64,000 nt of DNA from Phycisphaerae bacterium (GTDB lineage Bacteria > Planctomycetota > Phycisphaerae > SM23-33), in NCBI GenBank assembly GCA_041661865.1, contig JBAZTO010000019.1:252-64251 (forward strand). Reading direction: 5' to 3'. The notes beneath the pieces were generated by a model, which saw nothing but the letters and a program-made list of their open reading frames with translations, did no database searches and had not been told where the DNA came from. Below, in pieces: positions 9,025 to 17,750 of this stretch. Each line of letters begins with the position of its first letter. Within the stretch, counting starts at the first letter, position 1. Position numbers and translations under genes: made by a program.

Positions 9025-9088
9025 CTTCTAACTGGCGCCCAGAGGAGAATGGGCGAAGCAATCATCCATTTCGGGCCGGCCGTTCAAG

Positions 9089-9430
9089 TCAGGGCTTGGC
9101 TTCCTTGAACATGAAGATGAAAAAGACCGCCGCCACGATCAGGGCGAAACCCACGAGGTAGTTCCACCGCAGCGGCTCGCGCAGGTAGACCACCGAGAAG
9201 ATCGAGAATACCACCAGCGTGATGACCTCCTGGATCGTCTTGAGCTGGGCCGCCGACATCTGTGCGTGCCCGATCCGGTTGGCCGGCACCTGGAAACAAT
9301 ACTCCAGGAACGCGATGAGCCAACTGACCACGACCACCTTCCACAAGGCGGTACTCTTGTACTTCAGGTGTCCGTACCACGCGATGGTCATGAAAACATT
9401 GGAGATAATCAGCAGTATGACGGTCCACAT
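9089..9430 (-). CDS. Small DMT-superfamily-like membrane protein (DUF486-like)
   Basis: About 113 aa, four predicted TM helices, start probably MWTVILL; family assignment is from recall only. Confidence 0.45.
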   Translation of the reverse strand: MWTVILLIISNVFMTIAWYGHLKYKSTALWKVVVVSWLIAFLEYCFQVPANRIGHAQMSAAQLKTIQEVITLVVFSIFSVVYLREPLRWNYLVGFALIVAAVFFIFMFKEAKP

Positions 9431-9521
9431 AGCAGCTCTTTGCACTCCTCAATGAAGTCGAAAATCGCGGCTATTCTAGCACAAAGGCCATGCCCGTTGG
9501 CGCACAAGAAAGCCCGGCGCC

Positions 9522-10658
9522 ATGAATTCACTTGTCCAAATGCCACAGCCCGGTAGAATCGCGAACATCGCTGGCGAGAGTCGTCGGCGAGCAGTCATCT
9601 GGGAAATGTTGGATTGTAGCGCAGACTGGATATCGGGAGGCGACGGAATGTTTGACCCTATTCAATGGATTCGTGACCATTTTGAATTGCACCAGGCCAA
9701 CTCGGCCGAGTTCATTTATGGTACGCAAGAGACGCTGTCTGACTTTCACCAACCGGGGATCTACAAACCGTGGGACCCCACCTGCAACATTCACGTCCAT
9801 CTGCGAGGTCGCATACTTGATTACGCGGCCATGATGGCCAATCGCCGCGTGTTGGATTTCGGTCCCGGTGAGGGGTATCCCTCGCTCGTGCTGGCACCAT
9901 TTGTGGCCGAGGTCGTGGGCGTCGATGGCAGCGTCAAACGTGTGGAGGAGTGTTCCGGCAACGCCGCGCGAATAGGCATTGCCAACGCCAGCTTCGTCCA
10001 CGTTCCACCGGGCCAACTCCTGCCTTTCCCCGACACCAGCTTCGATGGGGCCGTGGCATCCTGGTCGCTGGAGCAGTCACCGGACTTGGCACAGACGCTC
10101 CGCGAGATTCGTCGCGTGCTGCGGCCGGGCGGAATCTTTCGCTTCGAGCCCGAGACCCTCGGCCGTTATGCGGCCAAGCACCAGCAGCAGGTATGGCTGC
10201 CCGATGCGCTCGGCGGATTCCACGGTCTGACGATCTTCGACCGCGACATTGCCGGCGAGCGCGTGGTCCACTACGGCCTGTTGGTGGACCGTGGCATTAT
10301 CGATCGTTTGACGAAGAGACGCGGCATGCCGTCGCTGGACGTGCTGACGTTGGAGGTGCTGGAAGGATTGCGTCCGCACGTACTCAAGGCCGGAACGTGG
10401 ACTACACACCATCCTTCTTTCGCGTCCTGGCCGCGATGGCTGAGCGAAGCAGGCTTTGCCACATCGCGACTCACCTACAGCGGCGGCTGGATGGCCGACC
10501 GCATGATCCGCTGCCTGCCCAAGGACCAGCGTCCGGCGACGCTACAGGCTCTGGACGCACTGCTGGTGCCGATGGCTCGTCTGGCTGCCGAGATGGATGC
10601 TCCGCTGCCGCCGCCCGATGGCGAGGACGGCCTATTCATCACGGCAACCAAGACATGA
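9522..10658 (+). CDS. Class I SAM-dependent methyltransferase
   Basis: Motif I VLDFGPGEGYPS and motif post-I/II/III region (VVGVDGS..., LREIRRVLRPGGIF); start probably internal (about 9606-9648). Confidence 0.65.
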   Translation: MNSLVQMPQPGRIANIAGESRRRAVIWEMLDCSADWISGGDGMFDPIQWIRDHFELHQANSAEFIYGTQETLSDFHQPGIYKPWDPTCNIHVHLRGRILDYAAMMANRRVLDFGPGEGYPSLVLAPFVAEVVGVDGSVKRVEECSGNAARIGIANASFVHVPPGQLLPFPDTSFDGAVASWSLEQSPDLAQTLREIRRVLRPGGIFRFEPETLGRYAAKHQQQVWLPDALGGFHGLTIFDRDIAGERVVHYGLLVDRGIIDRLTKRRGMPSLDVLTLEVLEGLRPHVLKAGTWTTHHPSFASWPRWLSEAGFATSRLTYSGGWMADRMIRCLPKDQRPATLQALDALLVPMARLAAEMDAPLPPPDGEDGLFITATKT

Positions 10659-10742
10659 CATGGACTGACTCTGGAGAAAGTCCGCAGGTCGCGGCTGGTA
10701 TTGCATCAGTCTTGAAACTTCCCGGCACGCCCTACATTGCCA

Positions 10743-11087
10743 CTACATCTGCTTGAGGATGGCGGTGTAGAACAGCGCGATCAGGCCGGCGGCCAGGACC
10801 GTGAAGGACAATTGGACGGCCCAGGTGGCCAGGGCATGGCCTTTGCTTTCCGCATGGCCGTTGTGGCGGCGGAGGAAGTGTCTTGCGGTCATGGCCAGAC
10901 CAAAGACGGCCAGGCCGCCGATGATCATGCTCACGAAGACGACGGTGGCGACGTGCTTGACCTTGGGGTCCGACGGCAGCAAGGCAGACACCAGCAGGGC
11001 CACGACGGCGGCGGCGATCTGGTAGGCGATCACGGGGATCCTGCCGCGCGGCTTGCGGTTCTTGGTGGCCCGGGGTTTGTAGGTCAT
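10743..11087 (-). CDS. Hypothetical small membrane protein
   Basis: Three predicted TM helices; start likely MTYKPRATK at 11087. Confidence 0.35.
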   Translation of the reverse strand: MTYKPRATKNRKPRGRIPVIAYQIAAAVVALLVSALLPSDPKVKHVATVVFVSMIIGGLAVFGLAMTARHFLRRHNGHAESKGHALATWAVQLSFTVLAAGLIALFYTAILKQM

Positions 11088-11100
11088 GGCTGTGCCATCC

Positions 11101-12495
11101 TCAGAGGGTGAATCGATCGCCCGGCGCCGGAATGTAAACATTCCTGCAGCCGGCCCGCTTTAGAAGTTCGCTCATCGCCGCCGGCTGGGGCCCTTCGCCA
11201 TGCACCACGAAGGCTGCACGCAGGTCTTTGGCGATCGGGGCCAGGCAGCGGGCGAAGTCCTCCGCGTCGGCGTGGGCGGAAAAGCCGTTGAGTATCTCCA
11301 CGCGGCAGAGCAGCTTGTACATTCGGCCGAAGATCTTGAGTTCCTCCCGCCGTTCGACGATCCGCCGCCCCAGCGTGTGCTGGGCCATGAAACCCACGAT
11401 CACGACCGTGTTGCGTTCCTTCTCGATATTGTTCTTGAGGTGGTGGAGGATGCGCCCGGCCTCGCACATGCCGGCCGAGGCGATAATCACGCACGGCTCG
11501 TCCATTGTGTTGAGGGCCTTGGATTCATCGACCGACGTGATGTACCTGACCTTGTTGCCGCCGAAGATGTCCCCGCTATGGAACCAGAAATCGCGGGCCT
11601 CGCGGTCGTAGCACTCGGGGTGTTTCTTGAAGACCTCGGTGGCGTTGGTGGAGAGGGGGCTGTCGACATAGATCGGCAGCGGTTTGAGCAGTCCCTCGGC
11701 CATCGCCTGGCAGAGGTAGTAGACCACCATCTGCGTCCGCCCGACGGCGAAGGAGGGGATGATGACCTTGCCCCCGACGGCCACCGTCTCGTTGATGATG
11801 CGGACCAGTTCGTGCTTCATGTCGATCGCGTCGGCGTGGCGGCGGTCGGCGTAGGTACACTCGGTGATGAGGTAGTCCACCTCCGGCAGCGGGCAGGTGG
11901 GGTCTCTCAGGATGGGCATGTTCTGGCGGCCGAAGTCGCCGGTGTAAAGCAGATGCACCGGGCGGGACTGGTGGATGGCCACCAGCAGGCTGGCCGAGCC
12001 GAGGATGTGCCCGGCCTCCAGCCAGGTGGCCGTGGCCCCCGGGGCGATCTCGATGGGCTGGCCATACGGTACGCAGCGGAAGAGGGCGACGGCGTCCTTG
12101 GCGTCCTGGAGGGTGTAGAGCGGCTTGATGAACTCCGACGGGCCGGCGGCGCGTTTCTCGTTCCAGAACCGGGCGTCTTCCTCCTGGATGTGAGCCGAGT
12201 CGGCCAGCATCACCTCGGTCAGGTCGCAGGTGGCCGGGGTGGCGTAGATGGGCCCGCGAAAGCCCCTTCGCGTCAGGCCCGGAAGGTTGCCGCTGTGGTC
12301 AATGTGGGCGTGGCTCAGGAGCACGGCCTGGAGCTGCTCGGGCGGCACGGGGAAGGTTTCGTTTCGCTGGCGGGCATCCTCGCGCCGGCCCTGGAACATT
12401 CCGCAGTCCAACGCGAAGGGCCCCTGGTCAAGATGCAGGATGTGCATGGAGCCGGTCACTGTTTGTGCGGCCCCGAAAAACTCCAACTCCGTCAT
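11101..12495 (-). CDS. MBL-fold metallo-hydrolase with beta-CASP and RNA-specificity domain (RNase J/CPSF-like ribonuclease)
   Basis: HxHxDH motif (SHAHIDHSGNLP), beta-CASP and C-terminal RMMBL region; ATG at 12495 preceded by AGGAGT RBS. Confidence 0.8.
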   Translation of the reverse strand: MTELEFFGAAQTVTGSMHILHLDQGPFALDCGMFQGRREDARQRNETFPVPPEQLQAVLLSHAHIDHSGNLPGLTRRGFRGPIYATPATCDLTEVMLADSAHIQEEDARFWNEKRAAGPSEFIKPLYTLQDAKDAVALFRCVPYGQPIEIAPGATATWLEAGHILGSASLLVAIHQSRPVHLLYTGDFGRQNMPILRDPTCPLPEVDYLITECTYADRRHADAIDMKHELVRIINETVAVGGKVIIPSFAVGRTQMVVYYLCQAMAEGLLKPLPIYVDSPLSTNATEVFKKHPECYDREARDFWFHSGDIFGGNKVRYITSVDESKALNTMDEPCVIIASAGMCEAGRILHHLKNNIEKERNTVVIVGFMAQHTLGRRIVERREELKIFGRMYKLLCRVEILNGFSAHADAEDFARCLAPIAKDLRAAFVVHGEGPQPAAMSELLKRAGCRNVYIPAPGDRFTL

Positions 12496-12559
12496 GGGTA
12501 CTCCTGAACTGATTTCACTGGTCGCGGGGCACGCCGCGCTGCAACGCCCAGGCATGCCG

Positions 12560-14209
12560 TCAATTCCCGGGCCCATCCTCTAGTACATCGGTCAGCAGGT
12601 ATTGATGCTTGTACTGTTCTCCGCGGCCGAGACGCTGGCGAATTCTCTCCCTCTCGGCCTGCTCCATCGCGCCGGGGGGCAGGGCCCTCGGCTGGACGGG
12701 GCCCAGGCGCAGGGTCTTTCGCTTGGAGGCGTACTCGATGTTGAGCGCCATCAATTCGGCATCCATCGCCGCGGCCAACGCGGGCATGTCCAGGCCCGTC
12801 TCCTGCTCGAGGCGAAGTTCGTAGTAAGGCTCCCGGGCGAAGCGACCCTGCACGACAAATCGCTCCACTCGCGCCGAGACGACGGCGCAGGCCCGCCGCA
12901 TTGCCTCCACGACCTGGTGCTCGGTGATCTTCTCGCCGGTGATGTTGGCGGTGTGCAGCCCGCGCGACAGAAACTCAAACACCGGGCTTTGCCCCAGCCG
13001 GCCCGTGACGCGGATGCGGTCGTCGAGGCTGTATCGCCACAACCCGGCCCAGTTGGTGACGACCAGGAAATACTCCTGGCCGACTTCCAGCTCGTCGGCG
13101 CGAAAAACCGGCGGGTTGGGCCTGCCGTAGTCGCCGGCCGGGATGAACTCCAGGAAGTTACCCAGGATGTCCGCCACGCCCGCCGAGGTGTCGTCGGCCA
13201 TCGGGATGGAAAATCGCCCCTCGCTGGCCAGCAGGCCGATGTCGCGCACGGGCGCGTCGTTGAACAGCTCGCGGAGGCGTGGGAGGTAGAGCTTGAGCGT
13301 GCCGCCGGTCCAGTTGGCCAGGAAGGCGACGTTCCAGAAATGGCGCGGCAGCAGGTGTCCGTCGCGGGCGATGCCTGCCTCCAGCCGCCTGGCCAGGGCC
13401 TTGTTGGGCCTGAAACGCAATTGCCCCGCGACCGAAGGCGGCAAGCCGCCGGGCGGGTTGAGCGTCCCGTCGGCCAGGTCGCGAATCAGCCCATCGGCGT
13501 GCTGCTGGCCGGTCTCGATGAGCTTGATGGTGCTGGAAGGATTGGCGGTGGTGATGAACGAGACATCATGCTCGATGGCGCACCGCAACGTCGCGTAGCA
13601 CTTGGCCAGCGGGTCGGGGATCTCCAGCACGCAGGCGGGCACGACGTACATTCGCCGGACGATGGGCTTCTGCGTGCGGGCGAGCAGGCCGCTGATGGCC
13701 CCGCAGCACTTGCCGGTGGGGCTGTCGCTCTCGTGCATCGGCGAGGAAATCTGCAGAATCGGCCGCAGCCAGGCGGCCTTGTGGTCCAGCAGGGCCGCCA
13801 GTCCCCAGATGTTCCAGCCGCGACGCATCTCCGAGAGGAACCGGGGCGTGACGGGGATGTGCTTGGGCTTGCCCGTCGTGCCGGAGGTTCGGGAGAACAT
13901 CAGCACCGGCTGATCCGGCGGCAGCAGGGCGGTGGTTTGCCCGGCCAGTACCGCGTCCATGTAGGGGCGCAGATCGTCATAGGTGCGAATGGGCACCGCC
14001 GCCTTGAAGTCCTCGTAGGACCTGATCGACGCGAAGTTGTGATCGGCGGCGAACGTGGTGGCGGCGTGGCGATGCAGAAGTTCGCTCAGCAACTGGTCCT
14101 GCACCTGGCGCGTCCGCTGATGGGCGGAGAGGAAACCCTTCAACTGTCTCTGCGCATGCAGGCCGCCTAGGTATGCTATCGGCCTGAGGATCGTTCGTTT
14201 GAGGTTCAT
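12560..14209 (-). CDS. GH3 auxin-responsive-promoter family protein (acyl-acid amido synthetase-like adenylating enzyme)
   Basis: 549 aa; adenylation motif SRTSGTTGKPK and GH3-family-length architecture. Confidence 0.7.
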   Translation of the reverse strand: MNLKRTILRPIAYLGGLHAQRQLKGFLSAHQRTRQVQDQLLSELLHRHAATTFAADHNFASIRSYEDFKAAVPIRTYDDLRPYMDAVLAGQTTALLPPDQPVLMFSRTSGTTGKPKHIPVTPRFLSEMRRGWNIWGLAALLDHKAAWLRPILQISSPMHESDSPTGKCCGAISGLLARTQKPIVRRMYVVPACVLEIPDPLAKCYATLRCAIEHDVSFITTANPSSTIKLIETGQQHADGLIRDLADGTLNPPGGLPPSVAGQLRFRPNKALARRLEAGIARDGHLLPRHFWNVAFLANWTGGTLKLYLPRLRELFNDAPVRDIGLLASEGRFSIPMADDTSAGVADILGNFLEFIPAGDYGRPNPPVFRADELEVGQEYFLVVTNWAGLWRYSLDDRIRVTGRLGQSPVFEFLSRGLHTANITGEKITEHQVVEAMRRACAVVSARVERFVVQGRFAREPYYELRLEQETGLDMPALAAAMDAELMALNIEYASKRKTLRLGPVQPRALPPGAMEQAERERIRQRLGRGEQYKHQYLLTDVLEDGPGN

Positions 14210-14430
14210 CTGCTAACCGGATAACGTCGTGAAAACGATAGTATAACAAAGTTGGTCGTGGGGGCTGCTAACAATCAACTGGGTGCCATGACCGCGGTGT
14301 TTGCGGCCAGGTGAAACCATGGTTAACATTCTGCCTCGCCTCGCTGGCAAATCCCGTTATTAAACCAGTTGCAGTATAACAAACCGTAGGGGTTGACGAT
14401 GGGGAATCAGTGCAATGGCAGGTGGAGGCC

Positions 14431-14859
14431 TTACGTGCCAATGCTATCCTTGTGGTCTGGTTCCACCGTGGAAGGATCGGACGGTTGTTTTCGGAACAAA
14501 GCCGGCAAGTCATATGCAATGGGCATGAGCAAGAGCCCCAGGGCGAATGACGGCAGCAATACATGCAATTCGTCTCCGTAGACCCAAACGCCCACCACCG
14601 GGCAGAGGCCGTAGATGACTACCGCAATGATGCATCCCAGCCAGTTGAATGGGGCCCCCTTGGCGATGAACAGGTCCACGGTGATCATGGACAGCAGGCA
14701 AGCCAGTGGTGTGACGCATCCGGGAAGAAAAGAAACGAGCGCATGACCATCCTGGGTCAAGCAGACAGGAATAGCCGACACGGCCACAGCGCCACCCACG
14801 CCAGCCAGGAAATGAATGATCAGAGCGGTAGAAAAACGTGTCTTTCGCTTGTCAGCCAT
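14431..14859 (-). CDS. Hypothetical polytopic membrane protein
   Basis: 142 aa from ATG 14859 (MADKRKTRF...), four hydrophobic segments; the longer ORF to 15162 overlaps ribD and is not credible. Confidence 0.4.
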   Translation of the reverse strand: MADKRKTRFSTALIIHFLAGVGGAVAVSAIPVCLTQDGHALVSFLPGCVTPLACLLSMITVDLFIAKGAPFNWLGCIIAVVIYGLCPVVGVWVYGDELHVLLPSFALGLLLMPIAYDLPALFRKQPSDPSTVEPDHKDSIGT

Positions 14860-14878
14860 CAGCTTATCTCCTCTTGGA

Positions 14879-16036
14879 CTATTGGCGCCCCAGCACGTAC
14901 CGCTGCCAGCGGTCGGGGCCGAAAGTTTGCTCCTCCGCCGGCTCAATGGCCAACTCGCGGCGAAGTTGGGCGATGTCCAGGCGGGGCAGGGCCGGGTCGT
15001 CGAAGGCGCCGGCCGAGGGACAGACGAACACCTGAAACTCGTCGGCAAGGTTCTGGCGGATGAAGGAGTTAAGCACGGCCGCCCCGCCTTCCACCAGCAG
15101 GTACGTATGCTCGCGCTGTCCCAACGCATCCAGCAGGGCCGACAGAGAGACTCTCGGCTCATCCGAGCCCGCGACCTCCGTGGGCAATTCCAGTATCTCT
15201 GCGCCAGCCTGGCGAAGGGATGCCGCGGCGCTATCAGGTGCCACGGCTGCGGTTTTGGCAGCCGTGCTCGCCTTATCCTTGCCCGCGACCGTCGCGATCA
15301 GCACTGGCCATTGGCGGGCCGTGGCCAGCAGTTGGCAGTGGGGCGGGGTCCGCAGGCGGGCGTCCAGGACGATCCTCAGCGGCTGGCCGCCGCTGCCGCC
15401 GCGATTGTTGAGGAGCGGGTCGTCGGCCAGGACCGTGCCCGCGCCGACGCAAATCCCCTGGCACAGGCCTCGCAGGTGATGCACGTACTGGCGCGACTGC
15501 TCTCCGGAGATCCATCGCCCCGTGCCCCTGGGCAAGGCCAGCAGGCCCTCGACGGTCTGGGCCCACTTGCAGATCACCCACGGGCGGCGCCGGGTCCGCA
15601 GCTTGATGTAGGGGGCCAGCAGGGTCCGGGCCGCCTGGCTGCACGGGCCGACAGTCACCTCGATGCCCGCCTGGCGCAGCGTGGCCAGGCCCTTGCCGGC
15701 CACCTTGGCGTCGGGGTCTTCCATGGCCGCGACGACGCGAGCAACCTTCGCGGCAATCAGGGCATCGGTGCAGGGGGGCGTCTTGCCGTGGTGGCAGCAG
15801 GGTTCGAGCGTCACGTAGAGGGTCGCCCCGGCCGGGTCGATGCCGGCCCCTCGTGCAGCCGCCAAGGCCTCGACCTCGGCATGGGGGCCGCCGAAACGCC
15901 GGTGCCAGCCGCGGGCCAGCTCGCGTCCGTCGCGGGCCAGCACCGCGCCGACCATCGGATTGGGCTCGACGCTGCCCCGGCCGTTGCGGGCCAGGTCCAA
16001 CGCCAGAGACATTAAACGTTCATCCGCTTCAAGCAT
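14879..16036 (-). CDS. ribD: Bifunctional diaminohydroxyphosphoribosylaminopyrimidine deaminase / 5-amino-6-(5-phosphoribosylamino)uracil reductase
   Basis: N-terminal CMP/dCMP deaminase zinc motif (HAEVEAL... TLEPCCHHGKTPPC) and C-terminal RibD reductase domain. Confidence 0.9.
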   Translation of the reverse strand: MLEADERLMSLALDLARNGRGSVEPNPMVGAVLARDGRELARGWHRRFGGPHAEVEALAAARGAGIDPAGATLYVTLEPCCHHGKTPPCTDALIAAKVARVVAAMEDPDAKVAGKGLATLRQAGIEVTVGPCSQAARTLLAPYIKLRTRRRPWVICKWAQTVEGLLALPRGTGRWISGEQSRQYVHHLRGLCQGICVGAGTVLADDPLLNNRGGSGGQPLRIVLDARLRTPPHCQLLATARQWPVLIATVAGKDKASTAAKTAAVAPDSAAASLRQAGAEILELPTEVAGSDEPRVSLSALLDALGQREHTYLLVEGGAAVLNSFIRQNLADEFQVFVCPSAGAFDDPALPRLDIAQLRRELAIEPAEEQTFGPDRWQRYVLGRQ

Positions 16037-16117
16037 GGCCCTATTATAGGGACTCGGGGCCTCTTGGGAACGACAGTTGGCGCCACGTTTGGTACCACAG
16101 CCATCTCGGCTATGGAG

Positions 16118-16181
16118 GAAGACACAGGCGAGACGCCCATGCTACCCAAGATGAAGACACAGGCGGGACGCCCATGCTACC
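16118..16181. promoter_or_regulatory. Two tandem 35-bp repeats (GAAGACACAGGCGrGACGCCCATGCTACC) immediately upstream of ribD, each a hairpin on the minus-strand transcript
   Basis: Copies at 16118-16146 and 16153-16181; on the ribD-sense strand each folds as CAUGGGCGucyCGCCUGUG with two G.U wobbles; related to hairpin 5667-5685. Confidence 0.55.
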
Positions 16182-16192
16182 GGGCGCCATAA

Positions 16193-17104
16193 GTGTTGAC
16201 ATTGTCCGGGGTGGCGGGGTATCATGCCCCGTTTGCCGAGAGTCGCGCTTTCCTTCCGGCCTGGCGACGGCAAGGAGCCACGGTGAACAAGAGAAAAAAC
16301 TCGCCCGCTTTGTTTGAACTGATTGGCAAAGGCAAGGCCGCGGGTGGCGAAGAGCGGACGGCCGTGCCCAAATGGATGACCGGGGCCAAGGACGAGCCCG
16401 TCGAGGCGCCGGTGGCGCCCGAGGTGGATTCGGCCTCGCCGCCGGCTGAGCCTGGCGACGTGCGCGAACCGGCGGCGGCTCCCAGCGAGCCCGGTTACCC
16501 CGGAGCGATTTTTTCCACTGCCGGCGGGCGGCTGACGTTGTCGCTGAACCACACCAACGCGGTGATTGTCGGCGTGGTGTTTGTGCTGGCGTTGGCTGCG
16601 GTGTTCATGCTGGGACGTTCGGCTTCGCCCTCGGCCACGACGGCTGCGGGCGAGACCAAGGCCAGCATAGGCGAGCCGGCCAGCCTGCGTGTTCCGCCGG
16701 CCGACAAGGGCAAGGCCGCTGGAGAAGCGGCGGCGTCCAAGGCGCCCGCGGCCGAGAAGCGTGTGGCCGCCGAGGGGCCTCCCCCGGCCGTCAAGCGGAG
16801 CGAGGCGCTGGAAAAGGGCAAGTATTACCTGGTCATCCAGGGCGTGCCCAAGGATGAACAGCATTTGCAGGAAGCCCAGAAGATCGCGGACTTCTGCAAT
16901 GAACGCGGCGAAAAGGCGAAGGTTTTCGGCTATCCGAACAACCAATACGTGGTGATCTCGCTGACGCCGTTCGAGATGAAGGACAGTGACGAGGCGAAGA
17001 AGTACGTCCGGGCGATCGAGAACCTGGGTAAGGTTTACTCCAGCAAGCACGGACAATACAGTTTCAAGCAGCCGCCCGACGGTTGGTGGCACATTCAGAA
17101 ATGA
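16193..17104 (+). CDS. Hypothetical single-pass membrane protein with possible C-terminal SPOR-like domain
   Basis: One TM helix (AVIVGVVFVLALAAVFMLG), Ala/Pro/Lys-rich linker, C-terminal ~75 aa (YYLVIQGVPKDEQHLQEAQKIADFCNERGEKAKVFGY...) resembling a SPOR fold; start uncertain. Confidence 0.4.
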   Translation: MLTLSGVAGYHAPFAESRAFLPAWRRQGATVNKRKNSPALFELIGKGKAAGGEERTAVPKWMTGAKDEPVEAPVAPEVDSASPPAEPGDVREPAAAPSEPGYPGAIFSTAGGRLTLSLNHTNAVIVGVVFVLALAAVFMLGRSASPSATTAAGETKASIGEPASLRVPPADKGKAAGEAAASKAPAAEKRVAAEGPPPAVKRSEALEKGKYYLVIQGVPKDEQHLQEAQKIADFCNERGEKAKVFGYPNNQYVVISLTPFEMKDSDEAKKYVRAIENLGKVYSSKHGQYSFKQPPDGWWHIQK

Positions 17105-17120
17105 TTACGGAGTTTGAACC

Positions 17121-17495
17121 ATGAGTCTGGATCCGACATTGAAGACCCACGGCGGTCTGGCCCGCGTTCGCAGCGTTCTGACCCGCGCCGAGCGTATTGC
17201 CCAACTGACCGAAGAGGGCAAGTTTGACGCATCAGCCAACAGCCCGTTGGGGCTGCCGAAGGTTCGCGTGAAGCATTCCAGGGCCGGCCAGAAGGCCAAG
17301 AAGACGGCCGAGGAACTCGCCGCAGCCGCTGAAGGCGGCGCTGCCGAAGGCGCTGCTGCCGCCCCGGCCGCCAAGGGCGCTGCCCCGGCCAAGGGCGCCG
17401 CTCCGGCCAAGGCCGCTGCTCCCGCCAAGGGTGCCGCCCCAGCCAAGGGTGCTGCTCCCGCCAAGGGCGCCGCCCCGGCCAAGGGCAAGAAATAA
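17121..17495 (+). CDS. Small basic Lys/Ala-rich repeat protein (histone H1-like / AlgP-like tail)
   Basis: C-terminal seven tandem AKGAAP hexapeptides encoded by 18-bp DNA repeats (about 17380-17490). Confidence 0.55.
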   Translation: MSLDPTLKTHGGLARVRSVLTRAERIAQLTEEGKFDASANSPLGLPKVRVKHSRAGQKAKKTAEELAAAAEGGAAEGAAAAPAAKGAAPAKGAAPAKAAAPAKGAAPAKGAAPAKGAAPAKGKK

Positions 17496-17750
17496 TTCCT
17501 GGCGGGCCGAGACCCGCCCCGTGCGAGCTGCGACCCATCGCCCGCCTGCGATGGCTGCTGTCTACTGCGTCAGCGGTAGCCCGGCCGCCCGCGCAGGCGA
17601 GCGATTTTCTATTACGGCATTGGTCAAGACCGGAGAGATAGAGGCTGGACGTTGTTGTGCTTAAAGGATTGTCCTCTGCCTCTCTGTGACCTCCGTGTTG
17701 AGTTGCGTTCTTGTGAGTGGTTATTCCCGGAACAATCGAGGCAGGATCCC

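Noticed and set aside
11200-14170. Antisense ORFs 11200..12507 (+) and 12602..14170 (+)
   Set aside because: Lie opposite confidently assigned RNase J-like and GH3 genes, with low-complexity Gly/Arg/Val-rich translations.
14431-15162. 243-aa minus-strand ORF overlapping the ribD 3' region
   Set aside because: The upstream 100 codons overlap ribD in another frame. Only the segment from ATG 14859 (142 aa, membrane protein) is credible.
16037-16193. FMN riboswitch (RFN element) expected upstream of ribD
   Set aside because: None of the conserved FMN-aptamer segments are present on the ribD-sense strand. Only two short hairpin repeats and a promoter-like TATAAT are seen.
17380-17490. Regular 18-bp tandem repeats that could resemble a CRISPR or VNTR array
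   Set aside because: Repeats are contiguous with no spacers, lie inside an ORF and encode AKGAAP hexapeptides. No cas genes or repeat-spacer architecture exist anywhere in the window.
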